Positions 18,345 through 28,203 of a stretch of 64,000 bases of DNA are shown here, piece by piece. Where the stretch lies: IMG/VR virus record IMGVR_UViG_3300045921_000730, positions 124,001 to 188,000 of that record, one strand, 5' to 3'. Each line of letters begins with the position of its first letter. The first letter of the stretch is position 1. A program made the translations under genes and the position numbers. The notes under the pieces are model-generated. The model did not search any database and had not been told where the DNA came from. It was given only the letters and a program-made list of their open reading frames with translations.

Positions 18345-19784
18345 ATGAATGAAATTTTTGAAAACTGGTCAGAAGTCAAGGAAACTCTTCTTGACGGTCT
18401 ATCAAAGCAACAAAAGGATATCGTAGGTCCACTACTTGAAAACCAGAAGAATTATCTTCTAACAGAAACAGCAGCTGCTGGTGCAGTTCAAGCACATGAC
18501 ATTGCTGGTTTCCGTAAGATCCTAATTCCAATGATCCGTCGTATTATTCCTGGCACAATTGCAACCGAAATCGTTGGTGTTCAGCCAATGCAAGGTCCAG
18601 TCGGCCTAGTATACACACTACGTTATCGTTACGGTGAAGGCGTCAACGTTCCTGCAGCAGGCACAGCAGGCAACCCATGGACACCAAACCCAATAGGCAA
18701 CTTCGGTAACATTACAGCAAACGATGAAATGTTCGGTAACAATCCCGTTCTACGTCAGTTCTATTCTGGCAATGCTGGCGCAGTAATTGGTGACGGTGGT
18801 GCAGCACAACCCGCTGGCGCATCCGGTATTACAAATGCTGCTGCTGATGAAGCAGACATTCAGTCAAATGCATCACGTGGTGCATGGCCATCAAGCATTC
18901 CAGCTTACAACACAGCTGCATTTGGTCCATATGGTCCAGACGCAATCGGCAAGACATACGCTGGCTCACTATACGGTGGCTCCGGTTCCTTTATTGAAGG
19001 TTCAGGTGGTCGTACAGTTAAGCTAGAAGTTGTATCACAAGCCGTTGAAGCAGCAACACGTAAGCTCCAAGCTGGTTGGACAATCGAAGCCATGCAAGAC
19101 CTTAAGGCACAACATGGTCTCGATCTAGAATCAGAGCTAACACAAGTTGTTTCTGCTGAAATCGTTCATGAAATCGACTCTGAAATTCTTTCAGACCTTC
19201 TAGCTCTTGCAGGCACAGTTGGCACATACGATTATGCAACAATCGGTCTTGGTCCAAACTATCAGCCAGCATACCTAGGCGATCGTTTTGCTAATCTTGG
19301 TGTTATTATCAATGCAGTAGCAAACGAAATTGCACGTAAGACACGTCGTGGTCCAGGTAACTTTATTGTTGTATCTCCAATGGTTGTTTCCGTCCTACAA
19401 TCTGCTGCTAAGTCAGTATTTGCACCAGCAGTTGCAGGTTCATTCAAGGGTCCAAACAACACAATGTTGGTTGGTACTTTGAACGGCACAATCAAGGTTT
19501 ACAGCTACTTGTGGAATCAAGTTTCTGGTTTAGCTGCTGCTCAAGACGATGTGATCCTAGTTGGTTACAAGGGTGGTAACGGTGAGACCGACACAGGTTA
19601 TTTCTACTGCCCATACATCCCATTGATGTCAAGCGGTGTTGTAATCAATCCAGTCACCTTCCAGCCTGTCGTTTCTATGATGACTCGTTATGGTAAGACT
19701 GCATTTACTCAAACACAAACATCTTTGGGTAATAGCGCTGACTACTATGGCAAGATAAATGTTCTAAATTTCCAATTTGCATAA
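18345..19784 (+). CDS. gp23: Major capsid protein
   Basis: IPMIRR...EIVGVQPMQGPVGLVYTLR, TRKLQAGWTIEAMQDL, FYCPYIPL, FQPVVSMMTRYG. Confidence 0.97.
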   Translation: MNEIFENWSEVKETLLDGLSKQQKDIVGPLLENQKNYLLTETAAAGAVQAHDIAGFRKILIPMIRRIIPGTIATEIVGVQPMQGPVGLVYTLRYRYGEGVNVPAAGTAGNPWTPNPIGNFGNITANDEMFGNNPVLRQFYSGNAGAVIGDGGAAQPAGASGITNAAADEADIQSNASRGAWPSSIPAYNTAAFGPYGPDAIGKTYAGSLYGGSGSFIEGSGGRTVKLEVVSQAVEAATRKLQAGWTIEAMQDLKAQHGLDLESELTQVVSAEIVHEIDSEILSDLLALAGTVGTYDYATIGLGPNYQPAYLGDRFANLGVIINAVANEIARKTRRGPGNFIVVSPMVVSVLQSAAKSVFAPAVAGSFKGPNNTMLVGTLNGTIKVYSYLWNQVSGLAAAQDDVILVGYKGGNGETDTGYFYCPYIPLMSSGVVINPVTFQPVVSMMTRYGKTAFTQTQTSLGNSADYYGKINVLNFQFA

Positions 19785-19797
19785 TTGCAAATTGCTT

Positions 19798-19826
19798 AAA
19801 AGCCCGCAGAAATGCGGGCTTTTTTT
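19798..19826 (+). terminator. Intrinsic terminator after the major capsid gene
   Basis: AAAAGCCCGCAGAAATGCGGGCTTTTTTT. Confidence 0.9.
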
Positions 19827-19871
19827 GGTTACTAGGTAATTCTATTGATTAATATGATGTTAACATATTAT

Positions 19872-19879
19872 TATAAATA
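19872..19879 (+). promoter_or_regulatory. T4-type late promoter
   Basis: TATAAATA upstream of ORF 19926. Confidence 0.65.
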
Positions 19880-19925
19880 CGTAGTATAGTTTAATGCACT
19901 TATTCTTTACAAAGGAAGAATTCAA

Positions 19926-21551
19926 ATGCCAAAAGTCGGTGAAATTGACACTAGTTACCCAACCCTTCTTGAAACAGAAAATAAAATCCAACTATTAGAA
20001 CCGTTTACAGGAGCAAAAAATTATCACCAAATGAAATGTCTGGTATGTAATCATATATGGTCAAGTACTCCTATATCAAAACGACAAACTTTTAAAAAAT
20101 ATGGTGTGAGTGGCTGTCCAGTATGTAATAAAAAATCAAAAGAAATAAAATATAAAGCACTTCGAGACAATATTCTATCACAATTGCGTAATGCTGGTCT
20201 TGAAATATTATCAGATTATGATGGTAGTCAAACAACCACTCAATTAGTTACCTTTAAAAATATTCATTGTGGACATGTATTTGATACATATCCTGGTAAT
20301 TTAATTCAATTTGAAAGTAAATGCACTGTCTGTGGTAAGCAAAAAAGAACTAAAAAAATCACAGCATGGTCAAAAGCTAATTCAGAAAAGTGGAAAAAAA
20401 CAGCATCTGCATGGCATATATACAAATCTGAAGTTGCTAAATTAACCGAACAGACATACAAAATGTACAAAGAAACAATCAATCCCAAAAATTTACCGCG
20501 TGGAAAAGCAGGTGTTCCTGGTGCTTATCATTTAGATCATATTGTACCTAAACGTTTCTGCTTTGATAATAATATACCCGCAGAAATATGTGCTAATAAA
20601 TCAAACCTTCAAATGATTGAATGGCACGAAAATGTTGGTATACGTAATCATATAAAAGGCATGATTCCACCTTTGTTTTTTTCATACATAACTTCTAACA
20701 CGAAATTAGAACAATATGCATGTCAGCTTAAAAATATTTTGCCAAATGCTCAACTATTTGTCAATATTGCGGATATTATGGTTACAGCATATGATCAACA
20801 AAGCAATTACGCAATAATTGTTTTACCTATCGATCAATCACATGCTGACTTGAAAAGTGGGTATGTAGCGTACAAAGCATTGACAGCTGCAAACGTAAAT
20901 TTCATTATTCTATTTGAAGACGAATTGACAAACATTCCTTTGTTATTTGCAAAACTTAAACATTATACTCATTCTAATCAATCTGCTCGAATTCATGCTC
21001 GTCAATGTGTTATTAAAAAATGTTCAAAAAAAGAAAAAAAGCAGTTATTAGATTTAAATCATATTCAAGGCAATGACAACTCGCAACTAGCTTATGGTGC
21101 TTACTATCAAGACAAACTGGTTGCAGTCATGACATTTTCGCGTCCACGAATCGCATTAGGACAAAAAAACAAACATCACGACGAAGGGAAATGGGAATTA
21201 AGTCGATTTTGTACAGACGTTCAATATAAAATTCCAGGAATTGCATCAAAACTTTTGACATATTTTAAACGCAATAACTATTGGACAGAAATCTATAGTT
21301 ATGCAGATAAGCGATGGAGTACAGGTAAAATGTACTATAAACTTGGATTTCGTTTAGCAACTGATAATCCACCTGATTATTTTTATGTTATCAATGGAAT
21401 TCGTAAACACAGATGGAATTATAGAAAAGATATTCTTAAACGCACGTTAGTTAATTATGATCCTTCTTTAACAGAATACCAAAATATGCAACGGTGTGGT
21501 TTTTATCGTGTGTGGGATTGTGGGACTTTTAAGTTTGTCATGCAAACTTAA
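19926..21551 (+). CDS. Homing-endonuclease-like protein: Zn ribbons + HNH + Mom/GNAT-like domain (copy 2)
   Basis: CLVCNH...GCPVC; YHLDHIVP...NLQMIEWHEN (HNH); IHARQC...NHIQG...WELSRF...SYADKRWS...RVWDCG. Confidence 0.75.
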   Translation: MPKVGEIDTSYPTLLETENKIQLLEPFTGAKNYHQMKCLVCNHIWSSTPISKRQTFKKYGVSGCPVCNKKSKEIKYKALRDNILSQLRNAGLEILSDYDGSQTTTQLVTFKNIHCGHVFDTYPGNLIQFESKCTVCGKQKRTKKITAWSKANSEKWKKTASAWHIYKSEVAKLTEQTYKMYKETINPKNLPRGKAGVPGAYHLDHIVPKRFCFDNNIPAEICANKSNLQMIEWHENVGIRNHIKGMIPPLFFSYITSNTKLEQYACQLKNILPNAQLFVNIADIMVTAYDQQSNYAIIVLPIDQSHADLKSGYVAYKALTAANVNFIILFEDELTNIPLLFAKLKHYTHSNQSARIHARQCVIKKCSKKEKKQLLDLNHIQGNDNSQLAYGAYYQDKLVAVMTFSRPRIALGQKNKHHDEGKWELSRFCTDVQYKIPGIASKLLTYFKRNNYWTEIYSYADKRWSTGKMYYKLGFRLATDNPPDYFYVINGIRKHRWNYRKDILKRTLVNYDPSLTEYQNMQRCGFYRVWDCGTFKFVMQT

Positions 21552-21688
21552 TTGAACTTTTAAAATAATAAGTGCTTCATATAAAACAAAGTAAAAGTGT
21601 ACATGGATATAAGGGCGGAAAGATTTAGAGTTGCCGTTTATACACAAACAAATATATAATACATGAACACAACACGAGAATGTAATAA

Positions 21689-23476
21689 ATGGCTGCTAAA
21701 AAATCTCACGATCAGTTTTTGATGGATTTACAAAAACGAAACAAATTAAATCCAGACAATCAAATTGAATTAATTTCAGGTCAACAATATACAGGTTTAG
21801 ACGAACCGTTGACATTTAAATGTCTTAATGGACACAGAAACTTTACAACGTTGCCTAGATATATTATCCAAAAACAATCAGGATGCCCCATATGTGGTGC
21901 AAAAAGAGCAGGTAATAAAAACATAAAAACAAACGAATCGTTTATTGATAAGTTAAATAAACGAAATATGATATATTCACCTGTAATGTTAGCACCTAGC
22001 GAACAATACAAAGGTGTGCATACAAAAATAGCATTTGTTTGTGGGAATCCTAAACATTCGTCGTGGTTAGCTACACCAGCTTCTATATTGCAAGGACACG
22101 GATGTCCTGAGTGCGGGAAAGAAAAAAGCAGACAAACTCACCAACACAACCATTCACAGTTTGTTGAATTGTTATTAAAAAGAAATGTAGAACATCCACA
22201 TAAAAAAGTATATCTAGCAGATGGTGAAATATATACCCAGCAAAACAGTAAGCTGAAATTTGCATGTGATAAAGGACACATTTGGTCAACTCTACCAGGA
22301 GATGTCATTCACAGAAAAATTGGTTGTCCCTTTTGTGCATCTTCAAAAACATTTTCGTTCATGGCTATAGAATGGCTTACACAGATTGAACGGAATGAAA
22401 ACATTACAATTATCCATCGTGGAAATTCAGATAAAGAATATGTGTTACCAGGTACCAAATATACTGTGGACGGATATTGTAAAGAAAACAACACCGTATA
22501 TGAATTTTATGGTAATTATTGGCACGGAAATCCTCGAATATACAAAAAAGAAGACATTAATGAGCGCGCCAAGATGACATTTGGTGAACTATATGACAAT
22601 ACAATTAAAAAGGAAAATGCAATTAAAGAAATGGGTTATAATCTAATAACAATATGGGAGGATGAATTTGATAACATCAAACAACAACAAACTCAAATTG
22701 ATAAGTTGAAAGAAATAACAAAAAACCTTTCGGTTGACGTTGTTGTTATGCCCATTGATAGACCATATGACCGGTTGTACTATGTTAATCAATTAAATAC
22801 TGCTATACACAATAATAAGCCAACCATTTTTATATTCAACGATGAGTTAAATAACATAGAACTTATTAGTAGTAAATTAAAACATTATAATAAAAGTAAT
22901 AATGCTACACGTATACACGCACGACAATGCGATATAGTTGAAATAACCAATAAACACAAAAAAGATTTTCTTGACAAGTATCATGTACAAGGTAATCATA
23001 ATGCTGAGATAGCATATGGTGCCTACTACAATGATAATCTTGTAGCTGTAATGACTTTTTGTAAGCCACGAATCGCATTAGGACAAAAAAACAAACAAAA
23101 CAATGAACAACGTTGGGAATTAAGTCGTTTTTGTACTGATGTTAATTATCGAATACCAGGAATTGCTTCAAAGTTATTAACATATTTTAAACGCAATTAT
23201 CATTGGGATGAAATTTATAGTTATGCAGACAGACGGTGGAGTGTTGGAAATTTATATGAAACTCTTGGATTTACGTTGGATAGAATAAATCCACCTGATT
23301 ATTTTTATGTTGTTAACGGAGTACGTAAACACAGATGGAATTACCGTAAAGACATTTTAAAAACAACACTACCAAATTATAATCCTAATTTGACAGAATA
23401 CCAAAATATGGTTAATCATGGATTCTGGCGTGTGTGGGATTGTGGGACCTTGCGTTATTCTTTAAAGAACATTTAA
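21689..23476 (+). CDS. Homing-endonuclease-like protein: three Zn-ribbon repeats + PD-(D/E)xK + Mom/GNAT-like domain (copy 3)
   Basis: Three C..H...GCPxC repeats; YTVDGYCKENNTVYEFYGNYWHG; C-terminal domain very similar to copy 2. Confidence 0.75.
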   Translation: MAAKKSHDQFLMDLQKRNKLNPDNQIELISGQQYTGLDEPLTFKCLNGHRNFTTLPRYIIQKQSGCPICGAKRAGNKNIKTNESFIDKLNKRNMIYSPVMLAPSEQYKGVHTKIAFVCGNPKHSSWLATPASILQGHGCPECGKEKSRQTHQHNHSQFVELLLKRNVEHPHKKVYLADGEIYTQQNSKLKFACDKGHIWSTLPGDVIHRKIGCPFCASSKTFSFMAIEWLTQIERNENITIIHRGNSDKEYVLPGTKYTVDGYCKENNTVYEFYGNYWHGNPRIYKKEDINERAKMTFGELYDNTIKKENAIKEMGYNLITIWEDEFDNIKQQQTQIDKLKEITKNLSVDVVVMPIDRPYDRLYYVNQLNTAIHNNKPTIFIFNDELNNIELISSKLKHYNKSNNATRIHARQCDIVEITNKHKKDFLDKYHVQGNHNAEIAYGAYYNDNLVAVMTFCKPRIALGQKNKQNNEQRWELSRFCTDVNYRIPGIASKLLTYFKRNYHWDEIYSYADRRWSVGNLYETLGFTLDRINPPDYFYVVNGVRKHRWNYRKDILKTTLPNYNPNLTEYQNMVNHGFWRVWDCGTLRYSLKNI

Positions 23477-23501
23477 ACACCAGGTTTTCTTCAATTGTTT
23501 G

Positions 23502-23509
23502 TATAAATA
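23502..23509 (+). promoter_or_regulatory. T4-type late promoter
   Basis: TATAAATA. Confidence 0.7.
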
Positions 23510-23540
23510 TTGTTACCAATTAATTTTATTATCTGTATAA

Positions 23541-23876
23541 ATGAAATTAACATTTAAACAATATCTTGAAAGCAAAAACCAATTAATTGAGGCTGTTCAA
23601 CGTGTGCCACGTTCTATTTCAAAATATAGAATAAAAAAATATTGTACGTTTGTTGTTGGTGAAAGCGAAGTTGAAAAAAATATCTTATCTCTGAAACCAA
23701 ACCAGCACTTGGAAATAGAATGGATTTATGAAAATATACATAAACCAACACGAGGATATATAAAATTAATTGACAATAATGTTCTTGAAGAAGAGCTTGT
23801 AACATTTTGGGATGATAAAAAAATAACAAAATGGTTACAACGATACACAGTTAAACTTAACAACACAGGTCATTAA
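23541..23876 (+). CDS. Hypothetical late protein with a capsid-targeting-like N-terminus
   Basis: MKLTFKQYLESK; late promoter upstream. Confidence 0.65.
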   Translation: MKLTFKQYLESKNQLIEAVQRVPRSISKYRIKKYCTFVVGESEVEKNILSLKPNQHLEIEWIYENIHKPTRGYIKLIDNNVLEEELVTFWDDKKITKWLQRYTVKLNNTGH

Positions 23877-23888
23877 AAGGAGAAAAAA

Positions 23889-24446
23889 ATGAAAAAGATC
23901 GTAAGACTCAATGAAAAATATTCCTTGTTACGTAACGCTGAGTCATATAAAAATAACATTGAAACGACACAAAATATTTGTCTTGAAAATTTCTCTAACA
24001 TGTTTGGTGACCGTGCTATAAATGTTTTAGAAAATGTTACAAAAGTATTGGGTGCTGTTTACGGTTCAATGAACGCAAACAAAGATCCGGCTAATTTAGT
24101 AAAAGGTAATATGAAGCCGCTTATTGATGTTGTGGCGGGAGTAAAAGCTTTAAAAGATGCTGGTCCAAGCGGTGATTCAATGGCTCTTAAAAGTTATATC
24201 GAACGTATAAAAAACGAAAAACGAAATTTGACTCCAGAACAACAAGAAATTGAAGCTGTAAAACAAGCAGGCAGACATTCAAAAACAAATGCCGAAATTC
24301 AACAAACGTTTGCTGAATTTAATCAAGCGATTAGTGCTGGCGATATGGAAAAAGCAAACAAACTCAAGGCTGAATTTGGAAAATTGTTCCAATTCTACCA
24401 AAATTTGGTAGCACGAACTCAGGGTAAATCTAAGCAAAATCGTTGA
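23889..24446 (+). CDS. Hypothetical protein (possible virion internal protein)
   Basis: AAGGAG SD; helical 185-aa ORF. Confidence 0.7.
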   Translation: MKKIVRLNEKYSLLRNAESYKNNIETTQNICLENFSNMFGDRAINVLENVTKVLGAVYGSMNANKDPANLVKGNMKPLIDVVAGVKALKDAGPSGDSMALKSYIERIKNEKRNLTPEQQEIEAVKQAGRHSKTNAEIQQTFAEFNQAISAGDMEKANKLKAEFGKLFQFYQNLVARTQGKSKQNR

Positions 24447-24502
24447 CCTGGAAAAAGTTGAAGTGGACCATGTGCTCCACTTCAACTTTATGGGAGGTTA
24501 AC

Positions 24503-25096
24503 ATGATTGAGCAATCATCTAATTTTTACACAAATTTTCGTAAATTTGTTCGACTGATACCTCTACGTAGTCAACCACTTGAATCGAAATACATTCAAGA
24601 CGAACTAGACGTACTTTACTGCTTAGATGCCGTAAAACAAATGTTTTACGATACAGCAGCATATCTTGGGAAAAGCAAATACCAAGGTCAGCCGTTTGAT
24701 TTTATACGCGAAGTAAAGGAAGAAGTGCAAGAATGGCTTTTGGTAGGAAACACAGATCAGCAAACAGCACATCTAAAGCGCAAAAATCTGATTATGTATC
24801 ACATGGTACTAGAACCGCTTATCGATTTATTTGCTAATTTTACTCACGAAGAAGCTTTATCTCGATGTGATGAAACATTTGAACTTGTTAAACAAACAAT
24901 CGAGAATCATGATATTGAAACAACCTATGACGATGCTATTGTTGCAAGAGAACAAATCCAACAAATTGTTCGTGAGCGTGAGGAACTACGAAAAGCAACT
25001 CTCAAAAAACGAAAGACGCGAAAGAACAAAATGACGTTTATTGAGGAATTTTTGCCCGAAGAACCGTTATTGGAAGAACTTGTGTTTGAAATGTAA
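24503..25096 (+). CDS. Hypothetical protein
   Basis: GGAGG SD before ATG 24503 (MIEQSSN), preferred to TTG 24443. Confidence 0.7.
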   Translation: MIEQSSNFYTNFRKFVRLIPLRSQPLESKYIQDELDVLYCLDAVKQMFYDTAAYLGKSKYQGQPFDFIREVKEEVQEWLLVGNTDQQTAHLKRKNLIMYHMVLEPLIDLFANFTHEEALSRCDETFELVKQTIENHDIETTYDDAIVAREQIQQIVREREELRKATLKKRKTRKNKMTFIEEFLPEEPLLEELVFEM

Positions 25097-25097
25097 G

Positions 25098-25133
25098 AAA
25101 AGGCCGACATATGTCGGCCTTTTTGTATAAATA
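25098..25133 (+). terminator. Terminator hairpin immediately followed by a late promoter
   Basis: AAAAGGCCGACATATGTCGGCCTTTTT then TATAAATA at 25126-25133. Confidence 0.8.
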
Positions 25134-25155
25134 CGCTATACATTTAGGAGCTTGT

Positions 25156-28125
25156 ATGGCAAACAGCACTTTTGATATAAGAAACGATGCGCCCAATTTA
25201 CTTCGTAGCGAGTCTCTTAACATAACATTAAAGTTCGATAGAACAAGCGAAACTACCGGAAGAATAAGTTGGAATATTCCTGCACCAGCTGCTGGCTGTA
25301 CAGCTGAAACACAAGCCTATTGTGGTATATTGCTTACTATTGATACAACTCCAGTAGATCAGTCAAAGCTACCAACAAACGGAAACATTTACACCTCTGA
25401 TCCAACAGCCGATTCTCAATTGTTTGCTGGAGATAAACTTGGTACGTCGATGGTTGTTGGTGCTTATTATCAAGATAGAACAACAACGTTTTTAGATATA
25501 ACTGGTCTTAAACCAAATACACCATATTATGTAAATGGGTTTCCTGTTGATTGTCAAAATCGTTATTATATTGAAGGTGTTTTTGCTTATTCTTTAAATT
25601 ATTCAAAATCAGGAACACCAGCAACAAGCTCAACGCAAACAGTTGGTATTGTTCAGTCTGATGGAACAACCGGAATACGACCAGAAACAGAAACAGGTCT
25701 TGTGTGTGGTGTTACATATGAGTTCAAAATAAAAATTGGAGGAATACAACCTTCGCCTCGTGCTCCGAGAAGACCGAGTGAATGCGTCGATGACGGAACT
25801 ATTTACGCAATAACACTGGACGGTTGCAATGCCTTAACGTTCCAAGATTTGGTTGATGAAATCAATAAACAAATTGCAACAAAGAGCAACTGTCCACAAA
25901 GTCCACTTCCTCCTAATGCTGGGAGCTATTATTTTAATACAACTACAAACAATTTATATCAGTGGGATGGATACCAACATAATGAACTTCCCGTTATTAT
26001 CAATAGCACACAACCAAATATTCCATCCGTAAATGATTATTGGCTAGATACAGACACAAACATTTTATATGTGTGGAATGGTTTAGCTTGGGTTCAAGTT
26101 CAGGTAATCAGTTATGCAACACCCCCAACAGAACCTGTGTGTGATACATCAATCTGGTACAATGGAACAACAGCATATATTTGGAACGGAAACGCTTGGT
26201 GTAATCTTGCAACGTTTATAACAGAACTTGATCCCAGTGCAATACAACCAGCTCCCTGTGGTTCATATTGGTACAATACTGACACAAATCAGATGTTCAA
26301 GTGGAACGATGCGCTCGACCTTTGGACTGCTTCAAATGTTATTAAATCAACAAATGATCCAAATTCATTACCAATAAACTTTTATTGGTTTGATTCATCT
26401 TCGAATACATTATATGCTTACAACACACCAAATCCAGGGTGGAATGAACAAGTAAACGTTCGTATACAAGAAACGACTCCAACACTTCCTGGACCAGGAA
26501 CATTTTGGTACAATCCACAAACAAAAGAACTAAAACAGTGGAATGGTTCTAACTGGCTAACAATTACTACAATAATTACATTCGCAACAGACCCTACAAA
26601 CAGAACAAGCTGTGAGTTGTGGTGGGATACAACGACGGATGATTTGTATGTTTGGAATCAAGTATCTTCAACCTGGGTATTGGTTTCAACATTTTATATA
26701 CAGGAAATTGATCCAACGTTTCCACCAACAATAAACGAAAACGATGTATGGTTTGTACCGTCGTCCGGTCTTCTATATCAATACAAAAACTCGTGTTGGG
26801 TTCAAGTACCATATATTTCTTGGCCAACGAATCCAATTACAACTATAGCACCAGGTACAGGATGGCACAATGGAACTAATTATTATGTATGGAATGGTTC
26901 AGTATGGAATTTAATTAATCCAATATTATCATCAACAGATCCATACACTATTGCCACGGGAACATATTGGTTCAACACAACTAACAACACCTTAAACGTC
27001 TGGAATGGTTTAAACTGGGTTAACTTGCTTTATTCATTAACGCCACTTACACCATCAAAAGGAACCTGCTGGTTTGATCAAACAGAAGGAAAACTAAAAG
27101 AATGGAATGGTACAGAATGGGTATATAAATTACCAATTGCATTTGTTGAAATAGATTGCAATGGCAATTTATTGTTTACTGATAATGTAAAAGGCAGTTA
27201 TTCATTTATTAAAATACAAGATCAACCAACTATTGGAAGTTTGTTTTCTTCTTTACAAACTAACGGGTTTGTTCTAACGTTCAATCATCCACAGCCTGGA
27301 AGCGATGAATTATTAGATGTTCCGATGTATGAGCAATTGGGCATAGGTACAGATGGCTCAGCAGACGAAAGACGTCAATTAGGCACAGAGATTCGTTATG
27401 CGTTGGGTTATCCTGTTGTTGACGTAGAACTTACACAAGAACAAATTGATTTCTTTATAACACAAGCCATTCAAACGCTTCGCGAACGCTCGAGCATAGC
27501 ATATAAGCGTGGTTTCTTTTTTATGAACGTTCGCTCAGAGACACAACGTTATATTCTTACCAACAAAGCGCAGGGATATGATAAAATTGTTCAAATTATG
27601 GGAATTTATCGTTTAACGTCAGCATTTTTAAGTTCCGCACATGGTGCTGGTGTTTATGGTCAAATTGTTTTGCAGCACTTATATAACATGGGAACATTTG
27701 ATCTTTTAAGTTATCATATTATATCTGAATATGTAGAATTAATGGAAATTTTATTTGCTGGTCGCATAACATTTACGTGGAATGAACAAACTCGCGAATT
27801 GTTTATACACCATCGGTTTCCATTTTCTGAAAGAATGGTATTAATAGAAGCATCGGTAGAAAGAACAGAACAGAATATTCTATCCGACAGATGGTGCAGA
27901 CCCTGGATTAGAAAGTTTGCATTATCACAAGCAAGAATTGCTTTGGCTGAAATTAGAGGAAAATATTCAACATTACCCGGTGCTGGCGGAGGTGTTTCGT
28001 TAAACGCAAGTGATCTTCGGGCAGCAGCAACGGAAGATCTAAGACAATGTTATGAAGAACTTGAAAATTATGTTGTTGAACAACCAGAAGAATATGGCTA
28101 TGCAACGCAATTTATAATGGGATAA
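25156..28125 (+). CDS. gp13: Neck protein gp13-like C-terminal domain fused to a long N-terminal region with 11 Trp-rich repeats
   Basis: C-terminal IRYALGYPVVDVELTQEQID...IRGKYSTLPGAGGGVSLN; AGGAG SD before ATG 25156. Confidence 0.8.
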   Translation: MANSTFDIRNDAPNLLRSESLNITLKFDRTSETTGRISWNIPAPAAGCTAETQAYCGILLTIDTTPVDQSKLPTNGNIYTSDPTADSQLFAGDKLGTSMVVGAYYQDRTTTFLDITGLKPNTPYYVNGFPVDCQNRYYIEGVFAYSLNYSKSGTPATSSTQTVGIVQSDGTTGIRPETETGLVCGVTYEFKIKIGGIQPSPRAPRRPSECVDDGTIYAITLDGCNALTFQDLVDEINKQIATKSNCPQSPLPPNAGSYYFNTTTNNLYQWDGYQHNELPVIINSTQPNIPSVNDYWLDTDTNILYVWNGLAWVQVQVISYATPPTEPVCDTSIWYNGTTAYIWNGNAWCNLATFITELDPSAIQPAPCGSYWYNTDTNQMFKWNDALDLWTASNVIKSTNDPNSLPINFYWFDSSSNTLYAYNTPNPGWNEQVNVRIQETTPTLPGPGTFWYNPQTKELKQWNGSNWLTITTIITFATDPTNRTSCELWWDTTTDDLYVWNQVSSTWVLVSTFYIQEIDPTFPPTINENDVWFVPSSGLLYQYKNSCWVQVPYISWPTNPITTIAPGTGWHNGTNYYVWNGSVWNLINPILSSTDPYTIATGTYWFNTTNNTLNVWNGLNWVNLLYSLTPLTPSKGTCWFDQTEGKLKEWNGTEWVYKLPIAFVEIDCNGNLLFTDNVKGSYSFIKIQDQPTIGSLFSSLQTNGFVLTFNHPQPGSDELLDVPMYEQLGIGTDGSADERRQLGTEIRYALGYPVVDVELTQEQIDFFITQAIQTLRERSSIAYKRGFFFMNVRSETQRYILTNKAQGYDKIVQIMGIYRLTSAFLSSAHGAGVYGQIVLQHLYNMGTFDLLSYHIISEYVELMEILFAGRITFTWNEQTRELFIHHRFPFSERMVLIEASVERTEQNILSDRWCRPWIRKFALSQARIALAEIRGKYSTLPGAGGGVSLNASDLRAAATEDLRQCYEELENYVVEQPEEYGYATQFIMG

Positions 28126-28203
28126 ATTTTTTGATAAAAATACATATTTTTTGTTCATTTTGATAAATAATAATGTCCACTTTACTTTTGAGGAGAACTA
28201 ATA

